Shown here in pieces: positions 25,801-37,800 of a stretch of 64,000 bases of DNA. Numbering within the stretch: the stretch's first letter is position 1; each line of letters begins with the position of its first letter. Under the pieces are notes generated by a model that made no database searches, had not been told where the DNA came from, and saw only the letters and a list, made by a program, of their open reading frames with translations. The stretch is from Eledone cirrhosa (Eukaryota), in contig OZ024743.1 in assembly GCA_964016885.1 (NCBI GenBank), positions 47,678,001-47,742,000 on the forward strand, given 5' to 3'. Made by a program: the position numbers and the translations under genes.

Positions 25801-28800
25801 ACTGGTACTTTATTCTATCGACCCCGTAAGGATGAAAGGCAAAGTCAACCTCGGCAGGATTTGAACTCAGACCGTAAAGGGACGTAACTATGCTGGAAAG
25901 CATGGTGTCCAACCCTCTACCGAGAGCCAAAATAATGCAATGGCATTTTATCTTGCAGCCTAATATCAACCCACAGATACTATATTAGTCAGTTTTACTT
26001 GGAAGTAATGTCCTCCTAGACAGGTCTAAGGACAATATCTCATTCATATATTCCAATTTTTGTTATGGTTTCTGTGGCTGGATGCCATTCTTCACATCAA
26101 CCACTTTATAGAGTGTACATTTTATCATGGCACCTGCACTAGAAGGATTGTTATGTTCTTGTCAAAACTAAAGGGCCTTCTCTACCAAATACTGTTTTCG
26201 TTAGATTGTCAAAACTAAAGGGCCTTCTCTACCAAATGATGTTTTCATTAGATTGTCAAAACTAAAGGCCCTTCTCTACCAAATGATGTTTTTGTTAGAT
26301 TGTCAGCCACATTAGAGTGTATTGAGTGCATAATCTAGATATTCTCTAATATGTAAGTCTAATATGCAGTAGGCATCTCTAACAAAATACACCCCCGCCC
26401 CATCCACACCGCCCCTTTCAATGTAAAGTTATGTTGGTGCCACAACATCCAGGCCGAAACAAATGAGATCGTGTAGGTGTCACGTCAAAAAACACACAGT
26501 TCACGCTGTAATGTGGCCATGTAGGCAACACGGTAAAAACCTCCCAGCCCCACACTGTAAATGTGGTTGGTGTTAGGAAGGGCATCCAGCTGTAGAAAAC
26601 CCGCCAGAGAGTCCACGCTGTAATGTGGCCGTGTAGGCAACATGGTAAAAACCCATGCAAGCGTGGAACACGGACGTTGATGATGATGATGATGTAAGTG
26701 GCAATTCAAGGTGTCTTCACAATAGAGTAGTTATGATGACTTATTTCACTATTTCCACCATTGCATATAACAGCACAGACTTAAATGTAGTTAAATGGGT
26801 TAAAAGACAATCTGGTTTATAATCTAGTTTTGATAAACCAATAACAAATAATAGGCTTTATCGTTTTAAATGCATTTCAGATGTATACACACAGAAAAAC
26901 ATATGCGTGCACACACAGATGATAAAAAAGTAGGTTAAAATGCATAGACAGAACACATGCGCTCACAGGCACATGTACAGACATACACACACACCCCTAC
27001 ACAGATATATTTCCATACACACACGCTAGTATAAACTAGATATCAGACACACGCACATTATGTCAAGCTAGATAGAGAGAAGAAACACCCATGAAATGCA
27101 GGTTTTGTAAAACTGTCAATGGTTAAAAACATTTCAAAATAGATATAAAAGAAAGAATAAGTCTGACCTTGAAGACGGCATAAAGCAATATAGACACGGC
27201 TGAAATGACAGAGAGATAAAGAGATATGATAGATTGAATTTAGAATGTCTAGTCATTACATCACATGATACAGTAGTCTATACATATGATACAGTAGTCT
27301 GTACATATGATACAGTAATATATACACATGATACAGTGGTCTATACATATGATACAGTAGTCTATACATATGATACAGTAGTCTGTACATATGATACAGT
27401 AATATATACACATGATACAGTGGTCTATACATATGATACAGTAGTCTATACATATGATACAGTAGTCTGTACATATGATACAGTAATATATACACATGAT
27501 ACAGTGGTCTATACATATGATACAGTAGTCTATACATATGATACAGTAGTCTGTACATATGATACAGTAATATATACACATGATACAGTAGTCTATACAT
27601 ATGATACAGTAGTCTATACATATGATACAGTGATCTATACATATGATACAATGATCTATACATATGATACAGTAGTCCGTACATATGATACAGTAATATA
27701 TACACATGATACAGTGGTCTATACATATGATACAGTGGTCTATACATATGATACAGTAGTCTATACATATGATACAGTGGTCTATACATATGATACAGTA
27801 GTCTATACATATGATACAGTGGTCTATACATATGATACAGTAGTCTATACATATGATACAGTAGTCTATACATATGATACAGTGGTCTATACATATGATA
27901 CAGTAGTCTATACATATGATACAGTGGTCTATACATATGATACAGTAGTCTATACATATGATACAGTAGTCTGTACATATGATACAGTAATATATACACA
28001 TGATACAGTGGTCTATACATATGATACAGTAGTCTATACATATGATATAGTAATCTATACATATGATACAGTGATCTATACATATGATACAGTAGTCTGT
28101 ACATATGATACAGTAATATATACACATGATACAGTGGTCTATACATATGATACAGTAGTCTATACATATGATACAGTGATCTATACATATGATACAATGA
28201 TCTATACATATGATACAGTAGTCCGTACATATGATACAGTAATATATACACATGATACAGTGGTCTATACATATGATACAGTAGTCTATACATATGATAC
28301 AGTGGTCTATACATATGATACAGTAGTCTATACATATGATACAGTAGTCTATACATATGATACAGTGGTCTATACATATGATACAGTAGTCTATACATAT
28401 GATACAGTGGTCTATACATATGATACAGTAGTCTATACATATGATACAGTGGTCTATACATATGATATAGTAATCTATATATGATACAGTAATCTATACA
28501 TATGATACAGTGATCTATACATATGATACAATAGTCTATACATATGATACAGTAATCTGTACATATGATAGTGGTCTCTACATATGATACAGTAATCTAT
28601 ACATATGATACAGTAGTCTATACATATGATACAGTAATCTGTACATATGATAGTGGTCTCTACATATGATACAGTAATCTATACATATGATACAGTGATC
28701 TATACATATGATACAGTAATCTATACATATGATACAATAGTCTATACATATGATACAGTAATCTGTACATATGATAGTGGTCTCTACATATGATACAGTA

Positions 28801-31800
28801 ATCTATACATATGATACAATGATCTATACATATGATACAATGATCTATACATATGATAGTGATCTATACATGATACAGTGATCTATACATATGATACAGT
28901 GGTCTATACATATGATACAGTGATCTATACATATGATACAATGATCTATACATATGATACAATGATCTATACATATGATACAGTGGTCTATACATATGAT
29001 ACAGTGATCTATACATATGATACAGTGATCTATACATATGATACAATGATCTATACATATGATAGTGATCTATACATATGATACAGTGATCTATACATAT
29101 GATACAGTAATCTATACATATGATACAATGATCTATACATATGATACAATGATCTATACATATGATAGTGATCTATACATATGATACAGTGATCTATACA
29201 TATGATAGTGATCTATACATATGATACAGTGATCTATACATATGATACAGTAATCTATACATATGATACAATGATCTATACATATGATACAATGATCTAT
29301 ACATATGATAGTGATCTATACATATGATACAGTGATCTATACATATGATACAGTGATCTATACATATGATACAGTGATCTATACATATGATACAGTGATC
29401 TATACATATGATACAGTGGTCTATACATATGATACAGTGATCAATATGTAGTCTATATATATCTATATATGATACAGTAGTCTGTACATGTAGTATAGTA
29501 ACCAATATTGAAATAGCTTACCAAAGAGACCATCTTCCTGATTGGTTTAGTTCCTTGCCATAGTTGTGTACAGTTTTCTGAACACTATCACAGAGTTTAG
29601 GGATGAAATCATTCTAGCAGAAAGAAAAAAAGAAAAATAATAACAGTGATTTCTAATCTAGTCACAAAGATACAAATTTGATTCGTTAGTTGATTAAACT
29701 GACCCCAGTGCATGTCTGGTACTTTATTTTTTATCAACTCCGAAAGGGTGAAATGCAAAGTTAATGTGTTTCTCCCTGACATATCAATCACTGGTTCTTA
29801 TTTCCACTTCAAAACACATTGCCTGTCAATTCACCACCCTGGATACCATCTTTACATCAGCAGGATTTAAACTCAAGAGAGCACTGTGCCAGAACAACTA
29901 CAGCAAGCCAATTTCTCCTACATTCAAACAACTCTGCCAATTCACTGCATATTACTACAGCTTGGACCTCTTAAATCTGGCACTCCAAATCCTTTTAAAT
30001 CAAGTTTTAAATCTACCTTGTACTGTTATTTTTGGTTTTTAACTTTATATCACATGAAATAATCAAAACTTTATTAGTAATTGTATTATTTCCTATTTTA
30101 AGCTTTATTTTAGAATTGAGAAGACATCAGTATATATGTAGGAGATGGCAACACCATGATATCCTTAGGGGTCAATTTCCTGGTATTTTTGTGTAGTAAG
30201 GAAATAAGGTTGTCAGGTTTAAGGAATCCAGCTTGTACTATTGGATTGTAACATAAACTCCCGCCGTTGTTATAAAACTTCATAATAAAAACGGCGGGAA
30301 TTTATGTTACAACACAATATATTCAGAGCTACAGAATTGCCCAAGATAATAATAATAATAATGAAATTATTGTGTACAGTGTTCAGGTGCATTACAACTC
30401 ATCAAAAGTGCATGTATAGTACATAGAATAATATACAAATGTCAGAGAAGTGAATAGTGTACGAGTCATGATATACATGTGAGCGTGTGTATGGAGGGGG
30501 GATATCAGGTGTAGTGTTGGCGAATCTCAGGAAGCATGGAGGTTTTAAAGGATGTAGTGTCCCGACAGCTAACAACTGATGCAGGTAGTTTGTTCCATGG
30601 AGGTTTTAAAGGATGCAGTGTCTCGGCAGCTAATAACTGATGCAGGGAGGTTTTAAAGGATGCAGTGTCTCGACAGCTAATAACAGATGCAGGTAGTTTG
30701 TTCCATGGAGGTTTTAAAGGATGTAGTGTTTCAACAGCTAATAACTGATGCAGGTAGTTTGTTCCATGCTTCAGCAACTCTGAGCGTGAGAAAATGTTTC
30801 CGAAAGTCATGGGAGCTGTGCTGTTTTCTGACTTTTGTATTACATCCACTTAAGTAACTCATTGTTAAGAGATCAAATTTGGCTCATGTCAAAAACTGTC
30901 TTTTATAATTTTAGGAATCAATAAAATAAGTAAAACAGTAATATTCTGGTAAAATGAATTAGCAACTCTTCTTGCTTTCCTTTACAACAAATGGCATTGT
31001 CCCTAAATTAGAAATATATATGTTTATTACAAAGATCCCTTTATAACAGTGAGCCCTACCTTTTTAAGGGTTTGTCAAGAAAGGAAGAATACTAGATGAT
31101 GTTAAACCAAGCAACAGATTAAACCTACCTCCCAAGTTTCTTGGAAAGAAGGGCAGTGCCCGTGACCTTTTTCAGGGCCTCTGAGACTGGTTACATCAAG
31201 AGAAAGGGGAAAGTATCCACAAGCTAGTGACCTGGCCCAAATACTTGCAATAAAGTGGACTCTACTAAAAATACCCAAGGACTGGATGGTGATGTTAAAC
31301 CATGCAACAGATTAAGCTTACCGCCCAAGTTTCTTGGAAGAAAGCCAAAAACTTCTACATAGTCACTCAATTTGCTAGAAATAGTAGCAAAATTTACCTT
31401 GAATTGCACCTTACAGTCTTAATAAAGAAAGACATTGATTAATGCAGTCCTAGATACACTATGTGTCTGAAAAAAGGTGGAATGGTCATAGCTAGAATGT
31501 CTTTGAACATAAAGTAGACCTAGGGCTAAACAACAACAACCACCAGCATCATTATTATACTTACAATATCTGACCGATCATTTAGAAGGTTAATGATATG
31601 GAAGAGTCTACTTTCTTTTTCACTGAGGTAAGGTGTTGGTTGTCCTGCATTAGAGTTGATGTAGTACCACTGGAGCATCTCATATTGACTGGACTCCAAC
31701 ATCTGAAAGTAAAGGTAATAAAATCAATAGTTAAATACCTTCCACATGCTACATACCTTTCACTCATCATTCCATCATTTACAATGTTGACTCCAGCAGA

Positions 31801-34800
31801 GAGTATCACCCCCACTCTCCTTTATAGGGTTGACTCCAGCAGAGAGTATCACCCCCACTCTCCTTTATAGGGTTGACTCCAGCAGAGAGCATCACTCCCA
31901 CCCTCCTTTATAGGGTTGACTCCAGCAGAGAGTATCACCCCCACTCTCCTTTATAGGGTTGACTCCAGCGGAGAGTATCACCCCCACTCTCCTTTACAGG
32001 GTTGACTCCAGCAGAGAGTATCACCCCCACCCTCCTTTACAGGGTTGACTCCAGCAGAGAGTATCACTCCCACCCTCCTTTACAGGGTTGACTCCAGCAG
32101 AGAGTATCACCCCCACCCTCCTTTACAGGGTTGACTCCAGCAGAGAGTATCACCCCCACCCTCCTTTACAGGGTTGACTCCAGCAGAGAGCATCACTCCC
32201 ACCCTACTTTACAGGGTTGACTCCAGCAGAGAGCATCACTCCCACCCTCCTTTACAGGGTTGACTCCAGCAGAGAGCATCACTCCCACCCTACTTTACAG
32301 GGTTAACTCCAGCAGAGAGTATCACTCCCACCCTACTTTACAGGGTTGACTCCAGCAGAGAGTATCACTCCCACCCTCCTTTACAGGGTTAACTCCAGCA
32401 GAGAGTATCACTCCCACCCTCCTTTACAGGGTTGACTCCAGCAGAGAGCATCACTCCCACCCTCCTTTACAGGGTTAACTCCAGCAGAGAGTATCACTCC
32501 CACCCTCCTTTACAGGGTTGACTCCAGCGGAGACTATCACCCCACCCTACTTTACAGGGTTGACTCCAGCAGAGAGCATCACTCCCACCCTCCTTTACAG
32601 GGTTAACTCCAGCAGAGAGTATCACTCCCACCCTACTTTACAGGGTTGACTCCAGCAGAGAGTATCACTCCCACCCTCCTTTACAGGGTTAACTCCAGCA
32701 GAGAGCATCACTCCCACCCTCCTTTACAGGGTTGACTCCAGCGGAGACTATCACCCCCACCCTACTTTACAGGGTTGACTCCAGCAGAGAGCATCACTCC
32801 CACCCTCCTTTATAGGGTTGACTCCAGCAGAGAGCATCACTCCCACCCTACTTTACAGGGTTAACTCCAGCAGAGAGTATCACCCCCACTCTCCTTTATA
32901 GGGTTGACTCCAGCAGAGAGCATCACTGCCACCCTACTTTATAGGGTTGACTCCAGCAGAGTATCACCCCCACCCTCCTTTACAGGGTTGACTCCAGCAG
33001 AGAGCATCACTCCCACCCTCCTTTACAGGGTTAACTCCAGCAGAGAGTATCACTCCCACCCTACTTTACAGGGTTGACTCCAGCAGAGAGTATCACTCCC
33101 ACCCTCCTTTACAGGGTTAACTCCAGCAGAGAGTATCACTCCCACCCTACTTTACAGGGTTGACTCCAGCAGAGAGTATCACCCCCACCCTCCTTTACAG
33201 GGTTAACTCCAGCAGAGAGTATCACTCCCACCCTACTTTACAGGGTTGACTCCAGCAGAGAGTATCACTCCCACCCTACTTTACAGGGTTGACTCCAGCA
33301 GAGAGTATCACCCCCACCCTCCTTTACAGGGTTAACTCCAGCAGAGAGTATCACTCCCACCCTACTTTACAGGGTTGACTCCAGCAGAGAGTATCACTCC
33401 CACCCTACTTTATAGGGTTGACTCCAGCAGAGAGTATCACTCCCACCCTCCTTTACAGGGTTTACTCCAGCAGAGAGTATCACTCCCACCCTACTTTACA
33501 GGGTTTACTCCAGCAGAGAGTATCACTCCCACCCTCCTTTACAGGGTTGACTCCAGCAGAGAGTATCACTCCCACCCTCCTTTACAGGGTTTACTCCAGC
33601 AGAGAGCATCACTCCCACCCTACTTTACAGGGTTGACTCCAGCAGAGAGCATCACTCCCACCCTCCTTTACAGGGTTGACTCCAGCAGAGAGCATCACTC
33701 CCACCCTACTTTAGAGGGTTTACTCCAGCAGAGAGCATCACTCCCACCCTACTTTACAGGGTTGACTCCAGCAGAGAGCATCACTCCCACCCTCCTTTAC
33801 AGGGTTGACTCCAGCAGAGAGCATCACTCCCACCCTACTTTAGAGGGTTGACTCCAGCAGAGAGCATCACTCCCACCCTCCTTTACAGGGTTTACTCCAG
33901 GGGAGAGTTTCACACCCACCTTCCTTTATTGTTGACCACCAGGGGGGGGGGGGGGGGTAATCACCCCCACCCTCTTTTATTGTTGACTCCAGGGGAAAGT
34001 ATCACCCCCACCCTCCTTTACATGGTTGACTCCAGGGGGAGTATCACCCCCACCCACTTTTATTGTTGACTCCGGGTTGGATGGGGGGAGTATCACCCCC
34101 CACCCTCCTTTACATTGTTGACTCCAAGGAGAAGCACCATCCCATCCCTTACAGCGTAAACTCCAGGGGAAGCACCATACCAACCTTCATGCCCTCTCTA
34201 CCATGTACCACCTCCACCCTTGAACCCTATCCCTCTTTCCAATGTTAACTTCTGTAGAAGTACCATCATCAGCCTTGGTTGACTGTCAGACCACAACACA
34301 GAAGTAGAAAGTAGAAAACTAGAGACCCTTTGATTGGTAAGTTAGGGCCCTACTTTTGTACAAACATTCAACAAAACTGTTCATAAATTCAGGAAAAGAC
34401 CCCAATAAAAATGTTAAAAAAGGCCCAGTGAACAAACTACTTTCCAGTTGGGTGATGAAATATGTCAGCTCTAGAAAACATTAAAACAATTGCTTGGATA
34501 GTAACACATATATTTCACATAAATATTACAGCTATCCTAACACAATATGAACATTTAAAAATTTAGTATTTAGATCAAATCACAGCTACCTCAGCATTGG
34601 TGTAGAAGTGATGAGTGAATGCATTTCATTGTTATTACAGTTCATCAGCAATGGCTAACTTACAACTTGATGCTGATGTATGAAAGATAATACCATCTTA
34701 TAGATTTTGTAAGCAAACTGAAAGGTATGCATCCACATCTTACTCTGATGCTGTGATTGTTGTGATATGATCACAGCTTAACCCTTTACATTACTATTAA

Positions 34801-37800
34801 ATATATGTTCATTATGCATAAGGATAGTGAATTGGCAGATTCGTTAAGGTGTCAGATGAAAAATGCCTTGGTATTGTTCTGGCTCACAGTACTAAGTTCA
34901 AATCCTGCCAAGATTAACTTTGCCTTTCAAGGTTGATAAATAAAGTACCAGTTCAGGACTGGAGGTCAACTCTTTCTTCTTCTCTCACTCTCTGGAAGTA
35001 ATTGGCTTCAGAGGGATGGGCTTTGCCAGGTTTAAAATGTCCAAGACACACCATGTGTCAGGATGGTGCCCCTGTTTTCTTTATAATCTATATGGGTTCA
35101 TATGTTTCTATTCTGAATCATACTATGTTTGTGCTATTGCTAATGATGATATGTTTTCTGTAAAGATTGATACTGAATGAAATATATGTGATGCTAAGTA
35201 CTCATTCTCTTTAACCTTACCTTGACAATTTGCAACACAAGGGTGTTTATAATTAATGTTGGTTCATACTTAGAGTTAAATATTTTCTCAACTGTTTCAC
35301 TTGCAGGTGAGGATGTAGACTTTAGATAATTAGCCAGCTCTCGTTCAACTACTAGAAACAAATAAAGAAAATGGTTCCATTAGACAATATTTCAGAAAAA
35401 AGTTACCTATGAATATTTATATTTTTTCAAGTTTTAAATTGTTGAAGTCATGAGACAACAACGATACTACCATGATAATCATCATTGTCACACCTGTCAT
35501 GTCCATCGATACTACCATGATAATCATCATTGTCACACCTGTCATGTCCATCGATACTACCATGATAATCATCATTGTCACACCTGTCATGTCCATCGAT
35601 ACTACCATGATAATCATCATTGTCACACCTGTCATGTCCATCGATACTACCATGATAATCATCATTGTCACACCTGTCATGTCCATCGATACTACCATGA
35701 TAATCATCATTGTCACACCTGTCATGTCCATCGATACTACCATGATAATCATCATTGTCACACCTGTCATGTCCATCGATACTACCATGATAATCATCAT
35801 TGTCACACCTGTCAAGTGCATCGATACTACCATGATAATCATCATTGTCACACCTGTCATGTCCATCGATACTACCATGATAATCATCATTGTCACACCT
35901 GTCAAGTCCATCGATACTACCATGATAATCATCATTGTCACACCTGTCAAGTGCATCGATACTACCATGATAATCATCATTGTCACACCTGTCAAGTCCA
36001 TCGATACTACCATGATAATCATCATTGTCACACCTGTCATGTCCATCGATACTACCATGATAATCATCATTGTCACACCTGTCAAGTCCATCGATACTAC
36101 CATGATAATCCTCATTGTCACACCTGTCAAGTGCATCGATACTACCATGATAATCATCATTGTCACACCTGTCAAGTCCATCGATACTACCATGATAATC
36201 ATCATTGTCACACCTGTCAAGTGCATCGATACTACCATGATAATCATCATTGTCACACCTGTCATGTCCATCGATACTACCATGATAATCATCATTGTCA
36301 CACCTGTCATGTCCATCGATACTACCATGATAATCATCATTGTCACACCTGTCAAGTCCATCGATACTACCATGATAATCATCATTGTCACACCTGTCAA
36401 GTGCATCGATACTACCATGATAATCATCATTGTCACACCTGTCAAGTCCATCGATACTACCATGATAATCATCATTGTCACACCTGTCATGTCCATCGAT
36501 ACTACCATGATAATCCTCATTGTCACACCTGTCAAGTCCATCGATACTACCATGATAATCCTCATTGTCACACCTGTCATGTCCATCGATACTACCATGA
36601 TAATCATCATTGTCACACCTGTCATGTCCATTACATTCTGTAAAGTGGTTCAAGTTAAGAAAGGCATCCAGCTGTAGAAACCATCCAAGCTAAAACTGGA
36701 ACATAAGTGAGATGTGGCCCCAGCTGGTCTAAGAAGACAGTAGCTCTGATTAAATACTGATTTAGTCTGTAACAGGCTGCCCATGATAGCATTGGACAAA
36801 AGGTTGTTAAAGCTCTAAAAAATCAAACAAGAAGCCAAAAAACATCAGGAGGTCAGTTGGATTTTGACCTCTTGTTGAAAAATTACATTAACCCTTTAGC
36901 ATTTACATTACCCTATATATGCTATTATATTTTCATATATACTCTTTATATGCTATTATATTTTCATGGTAAAGGCTTTATCTCACATAATATAGAATCT
37001 ATGAGATTTTGATATTATTTATTTAGAGAACAATACCTTAACATCAGTATGAGCAGCTGGTTACAACCAGTTTGAACAGAAAGGGGTAAGAGAATTCTGG
37101 CTGGATACGGTCAGTTTAAATGCTAAAGGATTAAGCCTCACAAAATTTTTAAAATATATGCCTTTTAATTATTTTTAGGCTCCTGCAGATTGTGAGGTTC
37201 TAAACTTTTAGCTCACATGTAAATCTGATACAGAGTGAGCTTGAAATTATTCCTGACTTTAAAGACCCTTTGGTGGCTTTCATGTGTGTTATTTTAGATA
37301 ACCACTGATAAAATCTGATGATGCTTCATCACGTGGAATACACCCAGATATTTTCATGTAGTTGTGGGATTCTTAGAAGACAATAAAAGAATAACCCAAT
37401 TAAAGACTTACCTTTCTGAGAAGCTGATCTGGTTCTTTCAGTTATCACTCGGTTTTCTGTACACTACAACAAACAAACAATGGTTATGTAACATAGTACA
37501 AAACATAATAGATGAACAGATACCACTCTCATTTCATAGCTTGAAATAAATGAGTATCGATCCACCTCTTGCAAAACCACTTTCTTCCTCAATATGAAGA
37601 AATATATGAACATTTGCAAAGAGTCATTCCATCTAAGCTAGAGTAAGAAATATGAGAGAAAACAGTAAATTTACAACAACAAAATAAATAATAATAAAAA
37701 TAAAATAAACATGTGTATCATTGAAGAGAAAACCTCAAACATACCTGTCTTTTACTGAGTTGTTCTCCATCTTCTGGTTTCTTATCAACGTTCAACCTTT

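Noticed and set aside
27234-28484. 330-416-aa ORFs on both strands (YTYDTVV.., MYRLLYH.., CIICIDY..)
   Set aside because: By-products of a 21-bp unit (a multiple of 3) inside a phase-consistent ICE1 intron; no unique coding sequence.
19700-36631. CRISPR-like arrays
   Set aside because: Units are head-to-tail with no unique spacers, there are no cas genes, and the context is eukaryotic introns.
35417-36677. ~400-aa His/Cys- or Asp-rich ORFs resembling metal-binding proteins
   Set aside because: Four frames are open only because the 45-bp unit lacks stops; no codon-position bias and no flanking gene structure.
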